A stretch of DNA of 64,000 nucleotides from Naegleria gruberi. Lineage: Eukaryota. The position numbers and the translations under genes are program-made. The stretch's first letter is position 1. The number at the start of each line of letters is the position of its first letter. Below, piece after piece: positions 50,478 to 61,641 of this stretch. Location: assembly GCA_000004985.1 (NCBI GenBank), contig GG738855.1. The stretch is one strand, 5' to 3'. A model generated the notes under the pieces. It was given only the letters and a program-made list of their open reading frames with translations, was not told where the DNA came from and searched no databases.

Positions 50478-51865
50478 TTACTTTTCATAAATTCTATGCA
50501 AATAAATGGTTAGTGGTTCATATTGATCAGTGGCTTCTTCAATGTCAAAACAGTAAGCTTTTGGATATTTTGGTGGTTCTTTTGAAGAGATAGATAGTCC
50601 CTCTGATTCGGCCTCTACTCTTGATATTCCACAAAATGTTTGAAGAGATTCAACAAGGGATGTTGCATTTTCACTCAAAGGATACTCAATTGAATCATTT
50701 TCTGCCTTCTTTCTCCTTTCGTTTGTATAAATTGCTTGTTGATGAAAGGAAAAAATGTTTTCTTTAGTTTCTGATAAGGCAACATCTATTTTGATTCCAC
50801 TCCATTCAGTATCATACTCCTCTGAATCAAATCTATTATCCCTTATTGTAAAGTAGTGTAAATTATCCTTATTGGGAGTATCACATGATTGTCTCATCAT
50901 TTTCTTGAGGAGATCAATAGGAGAACGGTCAATTTGAATTTTCATTGAACGATTGCCAGAGAGAGAACCATCCCAACTACGTAATTGACCCTTCTTGATT
51001 TGTACTGGCTTGTTTGGTTTAACCTTGAGTTTCCAACTCAAAATCATTTCATCTGAATTACCTCCAGGATATCGACTGAATAAAAATTAATAAACTCATT
51101 GAATTAAGAAACATACTCTAGTGCCATGAATAGAATACTGATTGATAGTGAGCAATTCTTCTTGTACTCTTCAACAACAGATGGTAGATTTGAGGTTAGG
51201 TGAACACTAAATCTAGGATCCACCTTCTTACTTCTCATCACTTGTACAAACTCATTTCTATTCATCATATCACAAATGCACGAGTTAAACTTTCCATACA
51301 TTCTAGAATTCAACACTGCCAAATTTGCAAATGATTCAGCATTGAGAAACTTTGAAATTTCATAAATCAAATCATTGGTAAACTCTTCCAATGCACTTGT
51401 TCGTGTGAGTGTTGAGCTTGACATTTTAATCTTTTTAGAAAGATTTTCCTCTTCATCAATTGTAATTTCCAAACTTCTCTTCTTCTCTTGTTTTAACAAT
51501 TCCTCAATTCTTTTCTTATCATTGGCTTTTAATTTTTTTAATCCGTGTATTTCGTGATTCTTCAATTTTTCAACCAAATCATCATCTTTGATATATTCTA
51601 AATTAAATATTATTTGTTATTGATGATGATGGTGGTGTGTGATTATAAAGTATTTACCTTCAAAATTGTACCATTCTGGATAATTTCCACCAAAACTATC
51701 AACCTCTGATCTGACAATCTTTCCAATCCTAAGAACACTTTGTGGAATATTCTTGCCAGTCAACTTGCATTTTGATCGGCTTGATTTACTGTACTCGATC
51801 ATATAATCACCTAGTGGTGGAAATTCAGGCATTTTTTCTTGTGTTTTCTTTCTGTTTGCAAACAT
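50478..51865 (-). CDS. Hypothetical protein (about 428 aa) with a PARP-type zinc-finger-like N-terminus lacking most zinc ligands, an F-box-like segment, and an unknown C-terminal domain
   Basis: Model: complement(join(50478..51075,51117..51597,51658..51865)). Introns of 41 nt (GTATGT..TTCAG) and 60 nt (GTAAAT..TTTAG) join three track ORFs in frame. DYMIEYSKSSRSKCKLTGKNIPQSVLRIGKIVRSEVDSFGGNYPEWYNFE follows the zf-PARP template (EYAKSGRS.CK.C...I.K..LR......S..FDG....WYH..C), but only the first Cys is kept. EEFTNDLIYEISKFLNAESFANLAVLNSRMYGKF is F-box-like. Confidence 0.55.
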
Positions 51866-52151
51866 TTCTGGTTTTTATCTGTGGCCACTGGATGGTTGTT
51901 TGGAAGTAAAAGAATAGAAATTGTAAACTAATGAAAAGTGCGCGCAACGGGATGTGTTTGTGTTGTTTCTGCGAGTCAATTTTGTAAAACTCATGCTGGG
52001 GTTGAATTTATTTTGATACAATGTTATTGAAAAAGCTGACAAACAAACCTTATTGGAATATTTCACACACCACAAAAGAAAATTAGGAATCACAAATTGA
52101 TAAGGACCTTAACGATTCTTACTATACGCACATCAATAGTGAAAACAATAT

Positions 52152-52757
52152 TTATTGAGAGTAATAATCCTTTCTTGGTTTCCAAGTTTTCATTAGTTCA
52201 TTCTTTTGTTTCAAATTCTTAATAGCCTCATTTGGGTCAATAATTGCTAAATATCCAAAATTGAGTGGATGAGTTTGACACAAAGATGGTGTAGCTGTTT
52301 CAGATAATCTCTGATTGACCTCTACTAATTTTCCTTTCACATATGATTGTATTTCCAATGAGCAAATTGTTTCTGGAGACTCATTTGAGGCATATTCAAT
52401 TTTACAAATTATTGTGTTTGGTTGAATTGAGTGACATGGTAATTTTTGTTTGTTCTTTTTTCCATTGTTGTTATTTTGTTGTTTGACCTCCTTTGGTTTT
52501 TCATCATCCTCCATGGCATTATCGGATGGTGTTGTTGTAGTTGGTGGTTGAATTGGAAAATGCACTTTTACTACTCGGAAAGTATTTTGGCAAAGAAAGT
52601 GCTTCGGAGATAAACAAATCACAAATAAACCATTCTTATGTTCTTGAATACATAAATCATAATTTAAAATTGGGTCATTACTGGTTGTTGCAGGTTGAAT
52701 ATAGTAATCATCAATATTCTCGTTGATTAAAAGTTGGGTACGTTCACATTTACTCAT
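52152..52757 (-). CDS. ABITRAM (FAM206A/Simiate)-like protein
   Basis: A single 201-aa ORF with ATG after an A-run. LFVICLSPKHFL and VKGKLVEVNQRLSETATPSLCQTHPLNFGYLAIIDPN parallel human ICVITLAESHPVL and [35 protein letters not shown], as I recall them. Confidence 0.6.
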   Translation of the reverse strand: MSKCERTQLLINENIDDYYIQPATTSNDPILNYDLCIQEHKNGLFVICLSPKHFLCQNTFRVVKVHFPIQPPTTTTPSDNAMEDDEKPKEVKQQNNNNGKKNKQKLPCHSIQPNTIICKIEYASNESPETICSLEIQSYVKGKLVEVNQRLSETATPSLCQTHPLNFGYLAIIDPNEAIKNLKQKNELMKTWKPRKDYYSQ

Positions 52758-52784
52758 TTTTTTAAATTAATTTTAAATTATTAA

Positions 52785-54906
52785 TTATTTATTGAGAGTG
52801 AATTTCTTTCGTTGTTGCTGAGAGTAAGCTAGTGTATTATACATGTTCTTGATTTCTGCTAATTGACGTTTCAATTGATCATTTTCTTCAAGTAATCGTT
52901 TCTGTTCTTCTTCTAATTCTGATTGTTGTGCTTCTGGGTCTAATCTTGGTGGAGTTCTTTGTCTAATAGATGGTAGCTCAAAGCTCGAAGATAATTGTGA
53001 AGATTCTCCTAGTTTATCCTTGAGTGCAGTTATGTGTTGTTCATAATTTCTTTTCTGTGTTTCAATAATTTCTTGGTAGGTCCTGATTTCCTCTTCCTTA
53101 GATCGTTTACTATGCTCAATTGTGAGTTTAAGAGCTTCATTTTCATCTCTGAGGAGCATTATTTCTTCCTGGAGTTGTGATGTTGAAGGATAATCGAACG
53201 TATTTCTTTCTCCTTTCAAGAATTGACATTTTCTTTCCAGTTCTGAAGTTTGCAATCGTTCTTTCATCAGTATTTCATTAGTCTCGTTCAGCTTTTGCTC
53301 CAGCTCTGTTATTTTAGATCCAGTAACTTTTTTAAGTTCTTTCAACTTTTCCAATTCTATAGTTGTAATAGTGAGTTTTAATCTTAATTCCTCATCCGGT
53401 GTGGTATTGGAAATTGGCTGTTTGAGATCGAAACTAGTATTTTGAAATTGTAGAGTGTCTAGTGCTCTTCTACTTGTGCTTTGAAGCTCATTTTTCAAAT
53501 ATTTGATGATTTCATCCTTTTGTTCAATGTCTTTGCCCTATAGAAAATATTAAGCAAAGCTTCATTAAAAGTACTACCTACCAGCCTTTTGATTTCTTGC
53601 TCTAATTGTGGAGCAGATGGTATAGATGCTCCAGATTTTGGCCTTCTTTTCTTTAAATTGTCAATTTCTGCTTTCAACAAATCGACAAGCTTGTTGTCAT
53701 TCTCGGATTTCTCAATCATTCTGGCCTGTTTGGCCTTAATCTCATTGTAGGTCTTTTCTAAAATTTTGTTTCTAGCCACAGATGCATCCAACTTATTCTT
53801 GACAGCTTTGATTTCTTCCACTTTTTCAGTAATTTCTTTTTTCAAATCGACAACTTCATTCCTTCTTTCTTGTTCAAGTTTTTCAATTGCTTTTCTTTGC
53901 CTCTCATCCACAGAAACAGTAGATAGTGTTGAAATGGAGCTGTTTTCATTGGCAGAGACTGATTGAGGAGATATACTATTAATTGTTGATGAGAGAGGAC
54001 TTGGAATATTTGAAATTGTAGGAGAAGAGATTGTTTGTGATTCTAACTTCTTTTGGAGATCCTTGACCTTATTTTTAAGTAAATAAATTTGTTGAGCTCT
54101 TCCTCTAAACCCGTCGCTATTGGTAAGAAGTGAATCAATCGACAAGTCATCACCAACTTCTTTTTGAATAAGAGCTCTCAGTTTCAAATTTTCATTCTTG
54201 TGCTTTTCTCCTTGCTCTCTAAGCATTTTCATTCGTTTCTCATAAGTTGCAGCCCTTTCTTTAAATTGTTTAAGTAATTTCATTGTTTCATCCTCTCCGT
54301 CCTCTTCTTCCACAGATCCTGAATTGGTTTCATTTAAGTTTTCCCTCACCTTAGAACTAAAATGTCTCAGATTGTTATTATTTGTGACTGTTATTGATCG
54401 ACTCGATTGTTGTAATTGTTGTACCTGTTGAGTAAGAACTGCAACTTTAGACTTTTCCTTATTCAATTTTACAATTATATTCTTATTTTTTTTTGCCAGC
54501 TCAATGAGCTTTTTGTCTCTCAAGTCTATTAATTCCTCCGAATCTTGATCATGAAGTCATTAAATTGAATCTTGTTGTAATATTACATACCATCCAAAAA
54601 CAAAGCTTCTACTTCTCGGTTTGTATTCCTCAACTCTTCCACAACTTCTTTTAAATCTCGTATTTCACTCTCCTTTGCTTCAAGCTCCTCTAGGAGAGAT
54701 TTATTTACATCTGGAGAGCCTTCCATTGCAAGTTTATCCAACTTGGCATAGGATGATGGTTTGTTGTTTCCTAAATCCTCAATATTTGGAGGAGTTTCGT
54801 CTCCGCTACTATTCTCTTCATCCAATTCCTTTTTTTTGATGATCTCCTTTGATTTTAATTCTTGTTTTGATGACGATTTTTGTAGTTGTTGTTTACTTGT
54901 CGACAT
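52785..54906 (-). CDS. Long coiled-coil protein (676 aa)
   Basis: Model: complement(join(52785..53537,53582..54543,54591..54906)). Introns of 44 nt (GTAGGT..CTATAG) and 47 nt (GTATGT..TCAAG) join three track ORFs. The exon total of 2031 nt is divisible by 3. There is heptad-rich sequence throughout. Confidence 0.75.
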
Positions 54907-54936
54907 TTTTTTATTTGAATGAAAATTGTACTCTAC

Positions 54937-54949
54937 TTTTGGCGGGAAA
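54937..54949. promoter_or_regulatory. TTTTGGCGGGAAA (canonical E2F-type site, TTTCCCGCCAAAA on the gene strand), 31 nt upstream of the coiled-coil gene ATG
   Basis: Read directly as ctacTTTTGGCGGGAAAgttt in the 99-nt spacer. Confidence 0.55.
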
Positions 54950-55005
54950 GTTTATTCAACCTCCCAACTGTTATCAAGACTTAAAACAGAGGAAATATAT
55001 TTTGA

Positions 55006-57585
55006 TTACATGATCGAACAACACTTAGCCTCCTTTTCTTGGACTGGTTTTCCTGGGTTCTTATTTGGGAGTGGTGTTGGTGGCATGAAAATAGGAGATA
55101 GTTGAATATCATCTGTGTGAAGAGTGTCATTAACATTCTTCGTTTGATTATTCTGTTTAGTGAGTGGAGGAGAGTTGGACTCAGAAGCATTAAGGTTGAC
55201 TGCAAAAATATTCTCATCAGTTTTGAGAGCACTGTTACTGGAGGAGGGTTTTTCCTTGACTGGAGTTTGTGGAGGAGATAGCTGGTATGGTGTGATGTAC
55301 TTTTCATTTTCTGGACCTTTCAAATCCTTGATATGAAAAAGAGAAAAGAATGTAGACTGAAGGGATGGATCCATTGGGTGTGGCTCCAACTTTTGTTTTC
55401 TATCAGCAAAAGGTACTGGTAAATAGAGATTTTCTCGTAATTTCCACTCATATTTGGCTCCTCTTTCGAATGGTATAGTTCTATTGTTCTGCACAACATC
55501 AATATTGTAATAGAAGGATTTGGACAGCTCATCTCTTTCCAACAAATTAGATCCTCCTCCCACGTTTACAAATGAATAGTAGAATGCAAATATTTTGAAT
55601 AATGATTGATTTCTTGAAGGGTCATTTTCAAAAATCTTGTAAAACTCTACAAAACAAGGCACATCTTCCTCAACCCAATCAAGCTCAGTAAGCTTTTTGT
55701 CAAGGAAAAGAGAAATACTGACATTGAGTATAAGTCTATAAGAATTATGGTGTGAGGAAGATATTATATCATCAACGTATCTGGTAACATCAGTTTTTCC
55801 AAAAAATGCTATTGAATGTTGCTCAATAGATCTCTTTTCAATAGCCTTGTTAAAGCTCATATCTATTACTTCCATAACAAAGTCTCGAGCTATAACTATG
55901 GAATCATAGGAGGGCTTGTGTTGTGGACTGGTTGGAGGAGAATAGAAAACGTCAGAAATATATCCAACTGGTGTTGGAGTACTAGACTTGGACTCACCAC
56001 TCATTTTAGAGAATGAAGATGATCGTGTTCTTTCCTTGTAGTTTTCCCTTCTCCACTGCATTAGTTTCCAATTTTTTGGTTGGCTTCTATCGTGCACTTC
56101 AAAAGAAGAAAAATCATTGTCATACATTTCAACACTCTCCGCAGTACTTATTTCACTAAACGTATCAGTGACATCATATTGATCTAGCTCTTGTTTAGTT
56201 TCAGGCAAAGAAGTTGCAACTGTAAGAGGACTGTTTGGCCGAGATGTGGTGAAACTTTTAGAATTTCCAGTTGTGTTGGGCCTAGAAGGTTTCTTCTTTG
56301 CTTTCATGTCCCCTATTGTTGGAGTTTTCACTCTTTGTATTTGAGTATTTACAGGAACTCTTTCCACACTCTTCCTTACATCAGTTACTATGGATGTAAG
56401 TGATGATATACTTCCTCTTCGAGGTGAATTTTGGGCTGATGGTGGTGGAAACATTGTGGAATTTGTGGGTATGGCATCTTTAAGACTTGGTTTCTTAACA
56501 GCAGTTGAACCAATACTACCACTCGATGTATTGGCTGTACTTGTCTTATCCCACTGTTGCTTCTTCTTTTCTGAGGGTTCTTTACATTTAATTTCATCGG
56601 TTGGATTGAAAAATTGAGGCTTATATCCCATATCCTTAATTGGTTTTGAAGGTTCCGATCTCCTTAATGGATCAACGGCATTTGTTTTTGTTTTTGGTTT
56701 AGATTTTGTTATTATTACTGGTTGAGGGGGTGGAGGTTGGTTAATTGTTTCAATTGTGGCTTGTTTCTTTGCTTTTTCATCATTTACATATTTTGACTCG
56801 TCTTCAAGAACTGGGGAAGCTTGGAAAAACTCATCCTCAGAAGAATCTCCAATTAAAAAGTCGTCTTCCTCCTTTTTTTCTACTTTGGAGCCGGGCACTG
56901 AGAATGTTATTTGAGTTTTTGGATTGCCTTGAATGTTAGGAGTAAAAAGCCACTCTCCACTTTCGTCTTCTTGAGCCTCGCTCAGTAATTTTGAGGCAGC
57001 CATCAATCTAATGTTATGAGCAACAGATTTTCTGTCACTAATATTGGGTAAAACCTTATCCTCTGTTAGAAGGTCTTTTTGAGATCCAGGTTTAAGGTTG
57101 AGTAGTTTTGCAGAATTTCCTAACGGAGAAGGGTAATGAATATACTTCTCATTAATTAAATAATTATTTACACCTTTCTTTTCAATTAGATTTCCACTTG
57201 GAGTTTCATATTTGATGTCTGGCATTAGAGAATCCATTTTTGTAATATAATATGCTTTGTCCCTCTCCTTTTTTACCATTATCTCCTTTTCAAAGAATTC
57301 CCCATCCATAAAACGTTTCTCTTCATCACCCATTGAGAGGTTTGCTCTCGGCGTTAGAATTGTTGGAGAAAGCAAAATGTCACTCATTTCAAGAGGTGAT
57401 AATTTACTTCCTGTTGGATCAAAGAAAGATCCTCCTAAAGATCCATTCAAATCATCAAATTCATCATCCAAAATACTTGTTTGTTTGAGCATGGTAAGAT
57501 TGGTATCCATCTCCCGCTGCATCTCCTCAATGGATTGTTGATTATCAAACAAATCCAACTCGCTATTGTCCAACAAACTAGACAT
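55006..57585 (-). CDS. Hypothetical 859-aa protein, largely disordered, with a structured region of about 200 aa near the C-terminus and a terminal CaaX box (CCSIM)
   Basis: A single ORF. It ends ...KEAKCCSIM*, and CSIM fits C-a-a-X with X=M. No family recognised for the region ILNVSISLFLDKKLTELDWVEEDVPCFVEFYKIF...FAFYYSFVNVGGG...YEWKLRENLYLPVPF. Confidence 0.68.
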   Translation of the reverse strand: MSSLLDNSELDLFDNQQSIEEMQREMDTNLTMLKQTSILDDEFDDLNGSLGGSFFDPTGSKLSPLEMSDILLSPTILTPRANLSMGDEEKRFMDGEFFEKEIMVKKERDKAYYITKMDSLMPDIKYETPSGNLIEKKGVNNYLINEKYIHYPSPLGNSAKLLNLKPGSQKDLLTEDKVLPNISDRKSVAHNIRLMAASKLLSEAQEDESGEWLFTPNIQGNPKTQITFSVPGSKVEKKEEDDFLIGDSSEDEFFQASPVLEDESKYVNDEKAKKQATIETINQPPPPQPVIITKSKPKTKTNAVDPLRRSEPSKPIKDMGYKPQFFNPTDEIKCKEPSEKKKQQWDKTSTANTSSGSIGSTAVKKPSLKDAIPTNSTMFPPPSAQNSPRRGSISSLTSIVTDVRKSVERVPVNTQIQRVKTPTIGDMKAKKKPSRPNTTGNSKSFTTSRPNSPLTVATSLPETKQELDQYDVTDTFSEISTAESVEMYDNDFSSFEVHDRSQPKNWKLMQWRRENYKERTRSSSFSKMSGESKSSTPTPVGYISDVFYSPPTSPQHKPSYDSIVIARDFVMEVIDMSFNKAIEKRSIEQHSIAFFGKTDVTRYVDDIISSSHHNSYRLILNVSISLFLDKKLTELDWVEEDVPCFVEFYKIFENDPSRNQSLFKIFAFYYSFVNVGGGSNLLERDELSKSFYYNIDVVQNNRTIPFERGAKYEWKLRENLYLPVPFADRKQKLEPHPMDPSLQSTFFSLFHIKDLKGPENEKYITPYQLSPPQTPVKEKPSSSNSALKTDENIFAVNLNASESNSPPLTKQNNQTKNVNDTLHTDDIQLSPIFMPPTPLPNKNPGKPVQEKEAKCCSIM

Positions 57586-57691
57586 TTAAAATGTTTTTCA
57601 ATGATAATGGTGCAGATGATGTTTTGATCTATCAAATTAAGTAGTGCCTTAAATCGTCCTAGTCGTATTTTTTTTTAAATTTTTAAATCAT

Positions 57692-57701
57692 TTGGCGCCA
57701 A
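57692..57701. promoter_or_regulatory. Perfect palindrome TTGGCGCCAA (as TTTGGCGCCAA), 107 nt upstream of the ATG at 57585, with CAACGG 9 nt to its right
   Basis: Read directly as aatcaTTTGGCGCCAActcctttCAACGGcaac. Confidence 0.55.
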
Positions 57702-57997
57702 CTCCTTTCAACGGCAACAAAGGGCCTGTTCTTTTTTCTAAGGACAAACCATATCAATCCTATGATACGATAACGTATTAATAAATTAATTTGTTTGATT
57801 CAGATCTACAGGATTCTTAGAAGATATATAATACTCTTTGTAAGGAATTGAAAATGATCTCTTCAATATTGAACTAGATACTTTGTTACTACCATATATC
57901 AGCCCAACTCACGGCAATTTATTTAATAATCGTGATAGACCTTGAAATTAGAGGCCTTGAAATTGTTGGCAGGGAAGATGCGTATGGCAAATAAAAA

Positions 57998-58803
57998 ATG
58001 GCTAAACAACTCTTCCAAGTTCATCATCAGCAGAATCAACAACAACAACATGAAGAGGTGAAAGATGTCATCACGGGATTTGGTATTATCATAGTATTAT
58101 GTTTTTCTCAATATTTGATTGGATTCTTTTTAAATTATAATAACTTTACTTTATACGAATACTTTGCCACATGTGTTGTTTCTTTATTTGCATTTGTTGG
58201 AGGATTTGAACTATATTTCAAAGTAAGTGATTATGATTGATAGGTCAATATCTTAATTATCCACAGTCACAAAGAATTGTAATGGCCAAACCTAGAGATT
58301 TTATCAATTTACATTGTAAATTAGATGACTGGATACCCTTTATTCCTCATGCTATTTATTTGTATTCTTTTGGAGATTTATTTATCATGTCTCTGATTAT
58401 ACCCACCTCACCTGATTTGGAATATTTATTTAGAGTCTTATTTGGAATGCTTCTAGTGACAATTACACAATGTATTTTCTTTGTAATTTTCCCATCCAAT
58501 ACTCCAGATTTCTATCGGGATAGCATAGCTCACTATGAGTCAAAAAACGGAAAGTTGGACAACTTGACAAAGTATTTCTATGAAAAGATGCACAAAGCAG
58601 ATCTGAATATCAACACAGTACCATCAGGCCATTGCTCTCTGGCTACCTATTTGTCACTCACTCAACTCCACATTTTTGGATATTGGACTTTATTGAATCC
58701 ATTGGCAATTGGAATAAGTTGTGTCCTCACCAAACAACATTCAATACTGGACACTTTTGCAGGAGCACTATTTGGATATTTTCTCTTCATTCTCATTCAT
58801 TAA
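57998..58803 (+). CDS. PAP2-superfamily integral membrane protein (PAP2_3 / sphingolipid-synthase-like)
   Basis: Model: join(57998..58222,58267..58803) with a 44-nt intron (GTAAGT..CACAG). It has the PAP2 C2 and C3 motifs VPSGHCSLA and KQHSILDTFAG, and multiple TM helices. Confidence 0.68.
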
Positions 58804-58899
58804 ATTCGCTGTATTTCCTTCCTCAATAATATCAAATCACAATTAGAATCTACTCTTTTCCCAACAGCAAAGAAATTAAAAAATCAATTCACATAAAAA

Positions 58900-61637
58900 A
58901 TGGCTGGATTGAAAAAACTTTTAAATAAGAAAAAGTATGTCCTCTCCATGTTTCCCTATCCGAGTGGTAATTTGCACATGGGACATGTTAGAGTGTACAC
59001 AATTTCGGACCTCATTGCTAGGACTCATAAAATGTTAGGGTACAATGTTATTCATCCATTTGGTTTTGATGCCTTTGGATTACCTGCAGAGAATGCTGCC
59101 ATTGAGAGAGGTGTTTCTCCAGCAGATTGGACTCACAAGAATATTGCTCACATGAAGGAACAAATTAAAGCCTTGGATTTTGATTTTGATTGGGAGAGAG
59201 AAGTGATAACTTGCAATCCGGAATATTACAAGTGGACACAATGGCTTTTCCTTCAACTCCACAAGAAGGGATTAGCCTATCAACAAGAAGCTTTGGTAAA
59301 TTGGGATCCGATTGATAATACTGTATTGGCCAATGAACAAGTTGATAGTCAGGGAAGATCTTGGAGATCTGGTGCTTTGGTGGAGAGAAAGAATTTGAGA
59401 CAATGGTTTTTCAAAATTAGAGAATTTGCAAACGTATGTTTAATGCAATATGATTCAGTATTATTTAGTGATGATGATTTTTAAATTTGGAATTTATTAA
59501 TAATTATTCTGTAATTCTGATTTAATGATAATTAATTGATGATTTAATGTTGGATGAATAATATTAATAATAGGAATTATTGGAAGATGCTGATACTTTG
59601 GAAAATTGGCCAATTAATGTTAGAACAATGCAAAAACAATGGATTGGAAAATCGGAAGGAGCTGAATTTTCTTTTGAAACAACTAGTGGAAGTAAGATTA
59701 CTGTCTTTACAACAAGACCAGACACAATTTATGGTGTCACTTATTTAGCTGTTGCTCCAGAAAATGATAAATTAATTGCTGCAATGGTTCCAGAATCGGA
59801 TAAATCTAGAGTTGATGCTTTTATTAAGCGTCTTTCATCATTGACAAGTGTGAAGAGAAATGAAGTTGCCAGCAACTCAAAAGAAGGTTGTTATACTGGT
59901 GTTGATGCTATTCATCCAATCACCAAAGAACGTATTCCAATTTATATTGCCGATTATGTCATTGCTGACTTTGCTGAGGGATGTGTTATGGGAGTCCCAG
60001 CTCACGATACCAGAGATTTTGAATTTGCTCAAAAACACTCCATCCAAGTTAAGAGAGTAATCAAACCACTCGATGATATTGTCGATGAAAATCAATGCTA
60101 CACTGAAAAGAATGGTATTCTCGTTAATTCTGCACAATTTAATGGTATGAAAATTGCTGAAGCTACACCAAAAATTATTCAATTTGCTAAAGAACAAGGT
60201 TTTGGTGGGCCATCTGTCCAATTCAAATTGAGAGATTGGTTAGTTTCAAGACAAAGATACTGGGGTGCACCAATTCCAATCATTCATTGTCCTCAATGTG
60301 GACCTGTTCCAGTTCCTGAAAAGGACTTGCCAGTTCTTTTGCCAACAAATATTGAATTTACTGGTAAGGGACCATCTCCATTGGCCAAAGTTGAAGATTG
60401 GATTAATGTCAAATGTCCATGTGGAAAGGGTATCGATTGTAAACGTGATACTGATACTATGGATACCTTTGTTGATTCATCTTGGTATTTCCACAGATAT
60501 ACCGATGCCAAGAATGATAAGGAGGCATTTAGTGTAGAAAAATCCGATAAGGAAATGAATGTAGATATCTATATTGGAGGTATTGAACATGCCATTCTTC
60601 ACTTGCTCTATTCTAGATTCATTCACAAATTCCTCCACAGTGAAGGATATATGAAACATAAGGAACCATTTGATACTCTCCTCACTCAAGGAATGGTCCA
60701 AGGTGAAACATTCAAAGATTTGGATAACAATAAGTATTACAAACCAGAAGAAATGACAAGATTGGAAGATGGCACAGTTGTAGATAAGAATACTCTCAAA
60801 CCATTGACAAGCGTTTGGGAAAAGATGTCCAAATCCAAATATAATGGTGTAGATCCAGAAGCTGTTGTGAAAGAATTTGGTTCAGATACTGTTCGTCTCT
60901 ACATTCTATTCAAAGCTCCATATGATAAGGAGTTGATGTGGGAACAAAATCAAATTTTGGGGCAACAAAGATTCCTTGCTCGTTTGGATGGTTTGATTTC
61001 CAACTTTGCTAAACGTAAATCTGAAAATGTACAACAATCTGAAGTGGAAACATCTGATGATGAATTCAAATTCTTGAAGGAGATTTATTCTCTCATTGAA
61101 CAAACACGTGAAGGTGTGACATCTCGTTATACATTCAATGTTTGTGTTTCTAATCTCCACAAATATGGTATTGCTCTCCAAGAATATGAAGAAAAGATTG
61201 GAAATACTAAGGCTTATGAAGAAGCAATGCTTTTGTTACCATCTGTTATGGCCCCTTTCACACCAATATTTGCTGAAAAGACCTTCAAGACAGTGACAGC
61301 TCATTTACCAAAAGATCACCCACTCAAACAATGTACATCTGTGTTCGAAACTGCCTTCCCAACTGTTACTCCAAGCGAAATTAAGGTTGAAAAGAAGAGT
61401 CAACTCTGTGTCGTGCAAGTGAACGGTAAGAGAAGAGACGAGCTCCAAATTCCAATGTCCCTTTTAAAGATTGCCAACAATTCTGAAAGACAAACAGCTG
61501 TTGAATCATTTGTTATGAGTAACAGTAGAGTTATTGCTATCAAGAGGGAACAAAATGAAACATTCAAAAAGATTATTCACGTCGACAAGATGAAACATCA
61601 ATATGTAATCAATTACATTGTCGAAGAAAAAGAATAA
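58900..61637 (+). CDS. LARS2: Leucyl-tRNA synthetase, bacterial/mitochondrial (LARS2) type
   Basis: Model: join(58900..59433,59574..61637) with a 140-nt intron (GTATGT..AATAG). Motifs are [25 protein letters not shown] (HIGH), [72 protein letters not shown] and KMSKSKYN (KMSKS). Confidence 0.9.
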
Positions 61638-61641
61638 AAAT

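Noticed and set aside
51875-52093. A 72-aa minus-strand ORF in the spacer between the zf-PARP-like gene and the ABITRAM-like gene
   Set aside because: It has no motif and poor start context, and it lies in the promoter region that also holds GCGCGCAACGG. It is most likely a chance ORF.
57940-57964. A short direct repeat CCTTGAAATT x2 (57940-57949, 57955-57964), 35-55 nt upstream of the PAP2 gene ATG
   Set aside because: It occurs only once, is AT-rich and short, and cannot be distinguished from chance or a trivial slippage duplication.
59434-59573. The unusually long (140 nt) LeuRS intron contains TGATGA (59469-59474), CTGA (59517-59520) and a second TGATGA (59537-59542), which resembles the C, D' and C' boxes of an intron-encoded C/D snoRNA
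   Set aside because: There is no terminal D box (CTGA) near the 3' end, and I could find no terminal stem. TGATGA is frequent by chance in AT-rich sequence. It is worth a snoRNA-finder scan, but the sequence alone does not support a call.
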